Source of the DNA: an uncultured candidate division Zixibacteria bacterium
GTDB lineage: Bacteria; Zixibacteria; MSB-5A5; GN15; FEB-12
Length of the DNA stretch: 64,000 nt
NCBI GenBank assembly: GCA_963664195.1
Contig: OY760907.1
Span: 224,001-288,000 of the forward strand
Direction of reading: 5' to 3'
The notes beneath the pieces were generated by a model that saw only the letters and a list, made by a program, of their open reading frames with translations, had not been told where the DNA came from and did not search any database. The translations under genes and the position numbers were made by a program. This document shows, in pieces, positions 1 to 9,286 of the stretch; within the stretch, counting starts at the first letter, position 1, and each line of letters starts with the position of its first letter.

Positions 1-674
1 GGAGGCCGGGGTGCCTTCGAGACTGTCTGCTGCTCGACTTCGTGCTCGACCGTCGGAGTCGGGCGGTAATCGTCTTCGGCTATGTCGATGACAATGATAC
101 CGTTATCCTTGTCCTTCACTTCCTCGTCACGCACCGGCACAGGGATTCCCATCCGCGCTTTTCCCGGCGCTTCCGCGGTCTGTTCTGCGGCAACTTCAGG
201 CTCGGCCGCAACGCTTTCCACAGCCTCATCATTGACCGCATCAGGCTTTGCTCGATCGACGTCAGGCCCGGATGAGGGCGACGTCACCCCGACACCCCTC
301 TCATCTATCGCACCGTCATCTCTCAAAATCTTGTCCTGATTCAAACCGATGAATGCCAGAATCGCCGCTGAGGCGGCCACCCCGGTAAGTTTCCACCAGA
401 GACCTGAAGACCGTTTTTTCGGTCGGATGTCGGTCACACGGTCGTCGGTGATCCCCAGTTTTTCTTCAATTGCCTGGGCAGACTGCTCCCAATAGTCACC
501 GCCGGACAGAGCGCCGTGTTGTTCGACCAGACGGTCGGCCTCACGCAGCCGTTCCAACAGTCCTCTGCATTCCGGACAATCCACCAGATGCTCGGTCATC
601 ATGGCCTCTTCCTCCGGAGTCAGCTCCTTATCAAGGTAAGCCGACAGCAGGTCTGAAAAGTACTCGTGGTCCAT
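1..674 (-). CDS. Zinc-binding anti-sigma factor (zf-HC2/ZAS), membrane-anchored; 3' end runs off the window
   Basis: Not in the ORF track. Manual translation from ATG at 674 gives MDHEYFSDLLSAYLDKELTPEEEAMMTEHLVDCPECRGLL, with an LSAYLD motif and HxxxCxxC, later followed by a TM segment (LWWKLTGVAASAAILAFIGL). Lies directly downstream of an ECF sigma. Confidence 0.9.
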   Translation of the reverse strand, partial: MDHEYFSDLLSAYLDKELTPEEEAMMTEHLVDCPECRGLLERLREADRLVEQHGALSGGDYWEQSAQAIEEKLGITDDRVTDIRPKKRSSGLWWKLTGVAASAAILAFIGLNQDKILRDDGAIDERGVGVTSPSSGPDVDRAKPDAVNDEAVESVAAEPEVAAEQTAEAPGKARMGIPVPVRDEEVKDKDNGIIVIDIAEDDYRPTPTVEHEVEQQTVSKAPRP

Positions 675-704
675 ATCTTTCGATTCCAACGTCTTCTGTG
701 ACGT

Positions 705-1310
705 CTACTCAATCAGATCCTTCAGTGCGTCCAGTAACAGCTTCCTGGCCCGGTACAATCGAGAGTCCACCGTACCGTGAGGAATCTTGAGATGGCTCGC
801 AATCTGGCTGTAGTCCATATCTTCAAAATGCCGCAAAACGAACACTGTGCGGTATTGCTCCGGGAGGGCTTTCAGCGCCTTATAGAACCGCTTTTGGTTC
901 TCGTTGTCCAAGACCTGTTCAAGCGGCCCCAGTTCCGAGGCGGCGGGGTCGAATCCAACCTCGGTCTTGTGGTCGAGAGATTCCTTTTTCTCTTCTCTGC
1001 GTAGCTGATTGAACGTCAGGTTACGGGCGATGGTAGACAGCCACGGGTAGAAGTTGTACTGCGGATTAAAAGTCTCCATAGCGTTAAACGCCTTGATGAA
1101 CGCCTCCTGCAGGATATCCTCGGTCTGGTCAAACGAACCAGTCAATCCGTAAATGAAACGAAACAGCCGTTTCTGGTGCATGCGGATCAACCCGCCGAAC
1201 GCCTTCTTGTCGCCGTTCTGTACAGCGGCGATCAAACGACGCTCGACCTTCCTTGTATCCTCTTCTGATACCTTGGAGGCCCGGTTTTCTTCCAGCGATT
1301 TCTTATCCAT
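705..1310 (-). CDS. ECF RNA polymerase sigma factor (sigma-70 family, RpoE/SigW-like)
   Basis: Region 2 (EDILQEAFIKAF...FYPWLSTIARN) and region 4 (LPEQYRTVFVLRHFEDMDYSQIASHLKIPHGTVDSRLYRAR). Confidence 0.95.
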   Translation of the reverse strand: MDKKSLEENRASKVSEEDTRKVERRLIAAVQNGDKKAFGGLIRMHQKRLFRFIYGLTGSFDQTEDILQEAFIKAFNAMETFNPQYNFYPWLSTIARNLTFNQLRREEKKESLDHKTEVGFDPAASELGPLEQVLDNENQKRFYKALKALPEQYRTVFVLRHFEDMDYSQIASHLKIPHGTVDSRLYRARKLLLDALKDLIE

Positions 1311-1313
1311 TTG

Positions 1314-2291
1314 CTAGCTTTGTGCGTCCATCACTCTCAGGACGAGTTGCTCAAGCAATATCTGCGGTTTGACTTTCTCGCGCCTGAGAGCCGAGTCGGT
1401 CGCCGCAATCTCCGTTATGATCAGTTCCAGCTGTTCAATCTGATACTTCCCCGCCTGTTCCCGGAAACGGCCTGCAAGCCAGCGGCGGTACGGTTCGAGC
1501 GGTTTGCCTCCCTTTACCAGATACAGGGAAATGAAATGCTGGCCCAGGAAAAAAAGCAGTCCGGTGGCGTTGTTGCCCTCCGCCAACAGACGACGAATCA
1601 CCGCCAGGACCTTCACCCTGTCCCCGGAGACGACATCCTCGGCAAGCTGAAAAACCGAATACACCTGGAATCCCGCGGCGATCGACTCTACGTCGCCAAC
1701 AGTAATCGTCTCCCCCGATTCTTTGTAATTCACGAGTTTGCCGATCTCAACCTCAAGCCCGCCACGGTTCCCGGCCGTTAGCTCCACAAGCAGATTCAGC
1801 GCGGCCGGTTCGGCTTGGAGTCCGACTTTGGCCAGCTTGCCGTTTATGGTCCTGACAGCTTCGGATCTCGTCAGTTTGCCAAACTCAACAGCCGCGGTCA
1901 GGCCGTCAATCTTCTTGAAGAAGGCCGAAGTCTTTTTGGGTGTCCGGGCCGAAGGAGTGGATAATATCACAACCCGGTTGGGGTCCGGGGGATCAAGCAG
2001 TCTGAAAACTTGCTCGACTTCTTTCGGTTTGTAGCTCTGGAAGTCCGAAACAGCGATTACCTGATGCTCTCCCAGCATGGGATACACCGACAGCTCAGCG
2101 ATCAGATCGTTGCATTTGGTCTTCCGGCCGTCGATACGCGCGAAATTGACCTCGATCTGACGGTTGGGGAGAAATCGCTGCGCGACATACCTCTCCGCCT
2201 CTTTCATCCGATAGTCTTCACTCCCGAAAAAGTAATAGACCGGCTGAAACTGTCCCGAGGATACTGTCTGGAGGAGTTGCTGGGGGGTCAT
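1314..2291 (-). CDS. holA: DNA polymerase III delta subunit
   Basis: N-terminal PVYYFFGSEDY, LEVEIGKLVNY, C-terminal D-x-x-L-R...PQILLEQLVL; 325 aa. Confidence 0.9.
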   Translation of the reverse strand: MTPQQLLQTVSSGQFQPVYYFFGSEDYRMKEAERYVAQRFLPNRQIEVNFARIDGRKTKCNDLIAELSVYPMLGEHQVIAVSDFQSYKPKEVEQVFRLLDPPDPNRVVILSTPSARTPKKTSAFFKKIDGLTAAVEFGKLTRSEAVRTINGKLAKVGLQAEPAALNLLVELTAGNRGGLEVEIGKLVNYKESGETITVGDVESIAAGFQVYSVFQLAEDVVSGDRVKVLAVIRRLLAEGNNATGLLFFLGQHFISLYLVKGGKPLEPYRRWLAGRFREQAGKYQIEQLELIITEIAATDSALRREKVKPQILLEQLVLRVMDAQS

Positions 2292-2297
2292 GCCGGA

Positions 2298-2326
2298 ATT
2301 ATACCGGAGACCACCCCGAGGGTCAA
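2298..2326 (-). promoter_or_regulatory. sigma70 promoter of holA (leaderless transcript predicted)
   Basis: Minus strand TTGACC-N17-TATAAT, then 6 nt to the holA ATG, with no Shine-Dalgarno. Confidence 0.75.
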
Positions 2327-2703
2327 TCTAAAAGCGAATCAATGGCAGAGTTTTCGTTGGAAGGAATCCACTCGAGAGAGTAGTGGTACTTGCTGCGGTA
2401 ATTGAGCGCCTTCTCAAGCAGATGCTCGAAACCAGATCGGATTCCGGCCTGACCGTTGACCTGATTGACAATGCTGAGATTATTGCCGTAGAGCTGGAAA
2501 TTGCTCTTTGAAAAGTACTTCTGATTAGAATCGATGAACTCCAACAAGGCCAGCAATGAGGCCAGATCGCTGTGATCCTGATCCACCGCCGAAAACGGAG
2601 CTTTGAATCGGATACCAACGTCAGGAATATGGAACATCACCACGGCCGAATTTCCATTCGGGTTGCCGCTCGATAGTCTGCATGCACCAAAATAACAATC
2701 CAT
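2323..2703 (-). CDS. RNase HI-like fold protein (RVT_3-like), catalytic residues degenerate
   Basis: Motif order YFGA..GNP / SDLASLLALLE / YGNNLSIVNQVNG / EWIPSNENSAIDSL parallels YxDG..GNPG / AEYxAL / GDSxLVxxQ / WxPRExNxxAD. Confidence 0.65.
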   Translation of the reverse strand: MDCYFGACRLSSGNPNGNSAVVMFHIPDVGIRFKAPFSAVDQDHSDLASLLALLEFIDSNQKYFSKSNFQLYGNNLSIVNQVNGQAGIRSGFEHLLEKALNYRSKYHYSLEWIPSNENSAIDSLLD

Positions 2704-2716
2704 GCGTAAGCTCTAC

Positions 2717-2732
2717 TGCAATTGGCGTGCCC
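2717..2732 (-). promoter_or_regulatory. sigma54 (-24/-12) promoter of the RNase H-like gene
   Basis: Minus strand GGGCACGCCAATTGCA versus consensus TGGCACG-N4-TTGCW; correct GG-N10-GC spacing. Confidence 0.7.
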
Positions 2733-3098
2733 TTTGGGAGAAAGCCCGCGCAGATCGTGTAAGTTGTTGTTAGACAGAACGCTGACAGTCTGTTACGATT
2801 TCTGTCTAAATCAAAGATGCAAGAGGGTGCATATCTGGATGTAACCCAGTTTTCATCTTCGACACTAAGTACAACAACTGAGAGGAGAGTGAGGTTCTGG
2901 CAGACGTAGATGATAGCTACCTTGGCAGTCCGCCGGGGAGCCGGAAGCAATTTCTGCGAACCATACCCGCCGCGCCGTCCCCGGTTTTCGTGTGCCCCAA
3001 AAGATGGACAACCCGTATCGAATACGTATAGACAGGCCCCTCTCCTAACTCAGTATGTCAGTAGCAACGCAGCTTTCCTCCCGGTTTGCGCACTGTCT

Positions 3099-3132
3099 CA
3101 AAAAAAACAGCCGCCCCCAACAGGAGCGGCCG
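3099..3132 (-). terminator. Rho-independent terminator of the SBBP/dockerin gene
   Basis: Minus strand GCCGCTCC-TGTT-GGGGGCGGC followed by a T run. Confidence 0.75.
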
Positions 3133-3156
3133 CAAGAAGTCACTGAGATTCGTCCG

Positions 3157-5976
3157 TCACTGACAGGGTGGAAGCGGAGCCAAACTAATGAAGAGATGGT
3201 CAATGAGAACCGTCAGATCCCCCATTGTAATCTCGGAATCAACACTGGCATCGCAATTCGCCTCTGGTGCACAACAGAGCGGGGCGAGGCTGATAAACAG
3301 ATTATCGATCAGCACCGTCAGATCACCCATCGTGACGAGATCGTCGGGCGCACAATCCACGTTTCCAGTAAGCCCGACACAACATCCTTCACAAACGTCG
3401 CCCACTCCGTTGCTGTCGGCATCTATCTGATCGGGATTGTACGTCCCGGGGCAATTGTCCTCGTCTCCACAGAAACCGTCCCCATCGAAATCATTGAAGA
3501 AGTCATTCGGGCAGACATCACAACTGTCGCCAATACCGTCGTCGTCCACATCCTCCTGGAGAGGGTCAAAGTCATCGGGACAGATATCGCAAGCTGTTCC
3601 AATACCATCGTCGTCCGGATCGAGTTGCTCTGGATTATAGGTCTCGGGGCAGTTGTCTTCATTGGCGCAGAATCCGTCACCATCATCGTCATTGTAAGGA
3701 TCCAACGGACAGACATCGCAACTGTCGCCAAGGTCGTCGCCGTCGTTGTCTTCCTGGAACGGATTCTGCACCAGGACACAGTTGTCAATCGAATCGCAGA
3801 TCCCGTCCTCATCGGTATCCAGACAATCGCCGGTAATGAGCGCCACAAAGACATCGGAGTTTCCGCCGGCCGTTCCCTGAAGCGGTCGCTTCATGGGGAA
3901 GTCAGTCGATCCGGTCTGGCCGGCAACATATACGTGGCTGTCGTCGCCCACGGCAACATCGAGAGCAAAATCAGAACCGGACCCGCCCAGGTAGGTAGCG
4001 TAGTCGTACACGCTCCCGTCGGCACTAAGACGCAACGCCACGGCATCAAAATCACCACCCCCATAATCAGGCTGAAAAGCGCTCACGGAGGGGAAGTTTG
4101 TGGAAGACGTATGACCGACGATGAACATGCGGTTGCTGTCGTCAACCCCGAGACCACCGGCGGTTTCTTCGCCTGTGCCCCCGATATAGGTACTGTACAA
4201 CACCGTGTTGCCTGCCGCACTGATCCGGGTAACGGCCATGTCGGAAAATCCGCGAAGACTGCTCTGGATTGGGTTGGCAAGCGGATAATTGGATGAGAAG
4301 GTCCGGCAGAGCAAGTACATGGAGCCGTCAGTACCCAGGGCGATATCCTCGCCCAGGTCTGCCCCGGTACCACCAAAATACGTGCTATACTGCAACGTAT
4401 TGCCAACGGCACTCAAACGACTGAGGAACAGGTCAGTTCGGTCGGCGGAGGCTATCGAGGCCTGCAGCGGACCGGCGGTCGGAAAGTCCTCGGACGCGGT
4501 ATAGCCGGTCACGTAGGTCTTTCCCGAGGACGACACAACAACGGCTTGACCGATATCGTTCATTTCACCACCGAGATAAGTGCTGAAACCCAATCCGGTT
4601 CCTGTCGCGTTTATCTTGGTCACGATCGCGTCATAGCCGCCCCCCAGTGAGTCCTGAATGGGACCGTAGGTGGGATAATCCTCTGACGCCGTGTAGCCGA
4701 CAATGTACGCTGCATCGGAGCCGTCGACCGCAACATCCCAGGCGACATCAGAGCCTGAGCCTCCAAGGTAGGTGCCGTATGTCATGGAGGAGCCATCCGC
4801 GCTCAGTTTGGCCACAAACGCATCGCCGGAAGTATTGGCGGCATAAAGCGGATTCACGGTCGGGAAATCTGTGGATAAGGTACGGCCGACTATGAACGGC
4901 GACTGATCGGAGCCTGTCGCAATGGAATATCCGTAGTCATCTCCACTGCCACCGAGGTAGGTTGAGTAAACAACGGCCGCGCCGTCGGTGGAGAACTTGG
5001 TCACAAACGCGTCCCAATCTCCGCCTCCCATGGTTCCCTGGAAGGCATTGGTATCAGGGAAGTCAACCGATGAAGTAACACCGGTAGTATAGATATTGCC
5101 GGCAGAGTCGAAAGTCACCCCGTAGGCCGCGGAGCTTGATCCGCCGCCGAGATAGGTGCTAAAGGAGAGTACCGGATCAATAACCAGCGGAAGTCCCGGA
5201 TTGTAGCTGCCGGTCAATTGAAATCCGAAAACGTTGTCGGAATCAACATCAAACTCAGCTGCTATCTCTCTACGGATATTACCAACCTGCTGATACACAA
5301 CCGGTCGCTGCTCGACCATCTCTCCCCACTCGGTTGCGACAACCAGGTCGCCGATTTCGTTCACGGAAAGAGACTGAACGCCGTCGTAGCGCAATCTTAT
5401 CGTGCTGTAGTCAGCACCGGCCTCAACAAGAAAGTCATACTCGAGGTGCTGCCCCGCACTGTAGTAACGAACGCCGATCCCAGGATACAGGTCGTTTATG
5501 ACCACGGCACCAAAGGTCGGGGCGTTGGTGATCCACTTCGCAGGATCATCTCCAAACAGGAAACTCTCATGAGAATAGACGGAGCCATCGGCTACAGCCG
5601 TGACATCGCCGGCCGCCCCCACAAATCCGGTCCTCACCGTCAAGTAATCGATATCACCCGGAGGTGATTGCAACTCGACAAGCGGATCAGGCGGCTCAGG
5701 AGGACTCTGCCGGTAGAACACAGTATACACGGAAGACCCGGCGAACCAGATCGATGCTCCCGAACCTTCGGCGCGGAACCGAACGTTCTCCCCCCATTGT
5801 CCCATGTTCTCGGTGAATAAGATGTTTCGTGGCCCGATGGTTCTCGGGTTCAGGTGACTGTTAACGGGCGTCTGTTGCGGGAAGGCAGATGTAATATCAT
5901 CGGCCAACACAGACGAAAACCCCGTTACAAACAGCCCCATAACAACAATAATCAGGGCGGCATGCAATCGTTTCAT
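3157..5976 (-). CDS. Secreted SBBP beta-propeller repeat protein with TSP3-like Ca-binding repeats and a C-terminal dockerin-like domain
   Basis: Signal peptide from MKRLHAAL (start moved from 6075 to 5976), FTENMGQW N-domain, repeated STYLGG(S)GxD / GxTxSxDFP, DxDxDGxxDxCDxCP repeats, duplicated MGDLTVLIDxLFISL tail. Confidence 0.9.
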   Translation of the reverse strand: MKRLHAALIIVVMGLFVTGFSSVLADDITSAFPQQTPVNSHLNPRTIGPRNILFTENMGQWGENVRFRAEGSGASIWFAGSSVYTVFYRQSPPEPPDPLVELQSPPGDIDYLTVRTGFVGAAGDVTAVADGSVYSHESFLFGDDPAKWITNAPTFGAVVINDLYPGIGVRYYSAGQHLEYDFLVEAGADYSTIRLRYDGVQSLSVNEIGDLVVATEWGEMVEQRPVVYQQVGNIRREIAAEFDVDSDNVFGFQLTGSYNPGLPLVIDPVLSFSTYLGGGSSSAAYGVTFDSAGNIYTTGVTSSVDFPDTNAFQGTMGGGDWDAFVTKFSTDGAAVVYSTYLGGSGDDYGYSIATGSDQSPFIVGRTLSTDFPTVNPLYAANTSGDAFVAKLSADGSSMTYGTYLGGSGSDVAWDVAVDGSDAAYIVGYTASEDYPTYGPIQDSLGGGYDAIVTKINATGTGLGFSTYLGGEMNDIGQAVVVSSSGKTYVTGYTASEDFPTAGPLQASIASADRTDLFLSRLSAVGNTLQYSTYFGGTGADLGEDIALGTDGSMYLLCRTFSSNYPLANPIQSSLRGFSDMAVTRISAAGNTVLYSTYIGGTGEETAGGLGVDDSNRMFIVGHTSSTNFPSVSAFQPDYGGGDFDAVALRLSADGSVYDYATYLGGSGSDFALDVAVGDDSHVYVAGQTGSTDFPMKRPLQGTAGGNSDVFVALITGDCLDTDEDGICDSIDNCVLVQNPFQEDNDGDDLGDSCDVCPLDPYNDDDGDGFCANEDNCPETYNPEQLDPDDDGIGTACDICPDDFDPLQEDVDDDGIGDSCDVCPNDFFNDFDGDGFCGDEDNCPGTYNPDQIDADSNGVGDVCEGCCVGLTGNVDCAPDDLVTMGDLTVLIDNLFISLAPLCCAPEANCDASVDSEITMGDLTVLIDHLFISLAPLPPCQ

Positions 5977-6046
5977 TTGGTGCTCTAGGGTCCACAGGGT
6001 TGAGGTTCTGGTAAGTACAGACAGGTCTTTCCCAATGGTGCATCTC

Positions 6047-6075
6047 AATATATGGAAGTATGGCATATATGTCAA
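6047..6075 (-). promoter_or_regulatory. sigma70 promoter of the SBBP/dockerin gene
   Basis: Minus strand TTGACA-N17-TATATT; also supports the 5976 start. Confidence 0.75.
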
Positions 6076-6352
6076 GATGTGTCACACACATGCTTCAGGG
6101 CATCGGCGTGTCACTTGAACCTTTCTGCTGTTCTCTTTCGCTGCGACCAGACGGAAAACGTGTGGCAGTGAGTGATCACCCGCGAGATTGCGCCGTGTTT
6201 CTTCAGAAACGGTGTGGATTATCCACACTTCGAAAAAATCCGAACAACCATGCCATCCGTATCCCTGCTACTAATTGTATCGGAACGCAGCCCCTAAACT
6301 CAAGTGGTCCAACGCAATTATACAAAAATCATAGAGTTGTGAGTCATTCCGT

Positions 6353-7276
6353 TCAGGACGGGGCAGCAAGGGTCCGGCGACGGTAGATCAGGTGAATAGC
6401 CACTATGGCGAGGCAGCTTAATACCGTGGTAACAAGCGAGGCTTCAAAGCCGAACTCTCCCCCGGTCAACAATACGTTTCCCTGATACGAGCACGTGAGG
6501 ATGGCATCGGTGTCAGTGCCGCTGACGTGAGAACCGTAGACAATCCCCTGACAGAAGTTCCACGCGAAATGAATGCCGATCGGAAACCAGAGGTTCTTCT
6601 TGTGAATGTAGTATATGCCGAGTAGCAGGCCTGCAAGGACGATGTTGGACAGTCCGACGAGGGAAACGTTGGGATTAGTGGCGTGTGCAAGGGCAAAGAC
6701 AACCGAGGTCGCCAGCAGAGCGATGTATTTGTTCATCGAGGCTCTGAAATTGGTAATAAGATAGCCTCTGGCAATAGCCTCTTCCTCGACGGCCACCAGC
6801 ATAAAAAACAGCCCGTAGAGCAGAATCGAGGATACCGGAAAGGAAACGGATTCAATCGTGATTGCTCCGGCGACATACAACACGCCGAAGACGGCAGAAA
6901 TCAGCCCTGCTCCCCACAGCATGCCCATCAGCAAGTCACGGCGCGCCTCTGATCCGAACGAGAAGCCGAGAGACACGGTCGAGCGCCGGTCGATTACCTT
7001 GCGGAAGAGGGGCACCAGCAACAACATGCCAATCATCATGAAGGCTCCTGCCATCTCGCCTCCGGTCGTTTGCATCAGTTCTTCGGCCTGGGCCAGGCTA
7101 AACTCCGGATAAAAAGGCAGGAGAACAAAGAGGATGGCGATTCCGAAAACGATCTGGAACACAAACCAGGCGACGATGAAAAGCAGGCCGCGAAGAAGCC
7201 CGGACTTGATTGCCGGTTGGACCGGTTCAATTGTCGGTTCGACAGGATCGGTAGTGAGTTCGGATTGGTGCTCCAT
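6353..7276 (-). CDS. CPBP (CAAX/Abi) intramembrane metalloprotease
   Basis: EEEAIARGY, FALAH and IHFAWN motifs; multiple TM helices. Confidence 0.92.
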   Translation of the reverse strand: MEHQSELTTDPVEPTIEPVQPAIKSGLLRGLLFIVAWFVFQIVFGIAILFVLLPFYPEFSLAQAEELMQTTGGEMAGAFMMIGMLLLVPLFRKVIDRRSTVSLGFSFGSEARRDLLMGMLWGAGLISAVFGVLYVAGAITIESVSFPVSSILLYGLFFMLVAVEEEAIARGYLITNFRASMNKYIALLATSVVFALAHATNPNVSLVGLSNIVLAGLLLGIYYIHKKNLWFPIGIHFAWNFCQGIVYGSHVSGTDTDAILTCSYQGNVLLTGGEFGFEASLVTTVLSCLAIVAIHLIYRRRTLAAPS

Positions 7277-7302
7277 ATCTACTCTCCGTGGTTGTTAGGA
7301 CT

Positions 7303-8448
7303 TCAGGTCAATTCCATGAACAGATTCTCGGCGTACCGGTCGGTCATGCCGGCGATGTAATCCGCCACGACAATCTGATTGATCTCGTTATCCAGCATTT
7401 CCACAAACCGAGCCGGCATCTTCTCGGGATTGACGGTAAAATGCTCGTAAAGCGTCTCGATGACTTCGCGAGCGCTGGTGGCGTGATTCATCAAACGCGG
7501 ATGACGGTACAATTTGGTAAACAAGAACGCTTTCAGCTCCCGAACCCGTTCGGCCATATCCTCTGAATAAGCGCAGACACGCTCGCCGGAAGCTCTCAGC
7601 GTGTCCAGCGAGGTGATATTCTGGCTCTCCAATCGACGTTCTGTTTCTTTCAACAAGTCGGTAGCAGTGTGATCAATCAGGAACCGGACAAGTTCGCGCC
7701 TGACTTGATCCTCGCTGTGGGCCGCCAGCCGATCAAACAGGGCAGGTCTGCCGGGGGTGTCATCCGGGAGCGACCAGATACTCAGGTGCCGAATGTCCTC
7801 CAGCGTTATCAGCCCGGAGTTGACACCGTCGTCGATATCATGCGCACCATACGCCAGCGAGTCTGCCTGATCCACCAGCGAGGCCTCGAGGGTCGGCCAG
7901 ATGCTGTTATTGAACTCCGGCAGCGAAATCTTGACTTTGGTCTCGTGCTTGGCAATTCCCTCGCGGACCTCGTAGGAAAGATTCAGTCCCGGATGCTCCA
8001 GATACCGTTGTTCGAGAAAATCGACGATGCGAAGTGACTGTCGGTTATGATTGAATCCGCCAAACTCAGTCAACAGTTCATTGAGCACATCCTCGCCGGA
8101 ATGACCAAACGGTGTGTGCCCGAGATCATGCACCAGCGCTATAGCCTCGGTGAGGTCCTCGTTGAGCCTGAGATTGCGAGCCAGCGACCGGGCGACCTGG
8201 GCGACCTCGATAGTATGGGTCAATCGGGTGCGGAAATGATCCGCCTCATGCGGGAGGAACACCTGCGTTTTGTATTCCATGCGACGGAATGCCGCCGAAT
8301 GAATGATCCGGTCACGGTCTCGTTGAAACGCCGTCCTGAGCGGGTGCTCCGGCTGCGGGAATACACGCCCTCTGGATTCAGCCGAGTGCGCGGCATAGGC
8401 GGCGAGGGATCGACGTTCACGTTCCTCGACATCTGCACGTTTAATCAA
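7303..8448 (-). CDS. dgt: Deoxyguanosinetriphosphate triphosphohydrolase (HD domain)
   Basis: RTAFQRDRDRIIHS, RTRLTHTIEV, HDLGHTPFGHSGE, DYIAGMTDRYA. Probable TTG start at 8448 overlaps the upstream stop. Confidence 0.95.
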   Translation of the reverse strand: MIKRADVEERERRSLAAYAAHSAESRGRVFPQPEHPLRTAFQRDRDRIIHSAAFRRMEYKTQVFLPHEADHFRTRLTHTIEVAQVARSLARNLRLNEDLTEAIALVHDLGHTPFGHSGEDVLNELLTEFGGFNHNRQSLRIVDFLEQRYLEHPGLNLSYEVREGIAKHETKVKISLPEFNNSIWPTLEASLVDQADSLAYGAHDIDDGVNSGLITLEDIRHLSIWSLPDDTPGRPALFDRLAAHSEDQVRRELVRFLIDHTATDLLKETERRLESQNITSLDTLRASGERVCAYSEDMAERVRELKAFLFTKLYRHPRLMNHATSAREVIETLYEHFTVNPEKMPARFVEMLDNEINQIVVADYIAGMTDRYAENLFMELT

Positions 8449-9283
8449 ACTCGCTCTCCCTCTTTCTTGATTCGCGCGCCGTCCCCCATCCGAATGAAAC
8501 CGTGTGCGAAAACCCCAGCACCGGGTGCACCGAGGTCGCATACGTAAAGGTCCCGGACGCCACCGACAACTCGATACCGCCGCCAAACTCGACCGGCTCA
8601 CCGGCAATGCCCCAGAAAAAGGAGCTTCTGTCCGAAAGGCTGATAATCTGCCCGAGACCAAGCTGCGCTTTCTGGTTTCCTTCGAGCGTCAACCGACCGG
8701 TCACTGAAAAGGCACGCTTGCCAATGAATTCCGCGTGCAGCGAATAGACCGGCTCGATATCAGAGCTGGTCGCGGAGAGACTCGGCGAGGTCAGGTTATC
8801 GGCATCAAACGCTGCTATCAGTCTTGCTGTGCGGTACGAAGCGCCGAGTCCGAATGTGGCTGCGCGGAGTTGCTCGTAGTTACCGCCAAACTGTACTTGC
8901 ATGGCAGATAAAGAGCCGCCCACGGTCAAAGAGTCCAGATGGAAGGCCACCGACCCCTTCAGTAGTTGTTCGGCATACAGATCAGCCTTGCCGAATTGCG
9001 AAGCCCCAAACGCCACCGTGAACCTGCCCCGGCGATAGGCACCGGCGACAAACAGGTGATCCAGATCAGCCAGCTCAAATCGACGATTGTACCCGGCCTC
9101 AATCCCCCATTGCCGTCGTTCAAGCCCGCCGCTTGGGACGTTCAGCAAGGTCGTGGAGGGCGATTGCGACAGAACCTGCGTACGCCCCATGCCGATCCGA
9201 CGAGGAGATACGAATTCGTCGGCCAACGTGGCACTCGTCAGGAAGAGCATCGCAAAACTGAGTATGAACCAGAGTTTACTCAT
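8441..9283 (-). CDS. Outer-membrane beta-barrel protein, PorQ/PorV/PorP-like
   Basis: Signal peptide, N-terminal PRRIGMGR (cf. ARxxGMG of PorV/PorQ), alternating beta strands, HPVLGFSHTVSF C-terminal strand. Confidence 0.6.
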   Translation of the reverse strand: MSKLWFILSFAMLFLTSATLADEFVSPRRIGMGRTQVLSQSPSTTLLNVPSGGLERRQWGIEAGYNRRFELADLDHLFVAGAYRRGRFTVAFGASQFGKADLYAEQLLKGSVAFHLDSLTVGGSLSAMQVQFGGNYEQLRAATFGLGASYRTARLIAAFDADNLTSPSLSATSSDIEPVYSLHAEFIGKRAFSVTGRLTLEGNQKAQLGLGQIISLSDRSSFFWGIAGEPVEFGGGIELSVASGTFTYATSVHPVLGFSHTVSFGWGTARESRKRESEFD

Positions 9284-9286
9284 GGT

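Noticed and set aside
3055..4296. 413-aa plus-strand ORF, and many similar antisense ORFs (e.g. 14394-15236, 18829-19668, 32623-33276)
   Set aside because: Shadow frames opposite well-supported genes in GC-rich DNA; no motifs
8449..8661. N-terminal extension of dgt in the ORF track (similar extensions at 5977-6075, 29778-30017, 44533-44814)
   Set aside because: They overlap neighbouring genes or promoters; downstream starts fit RBS, signal peptide or family length better
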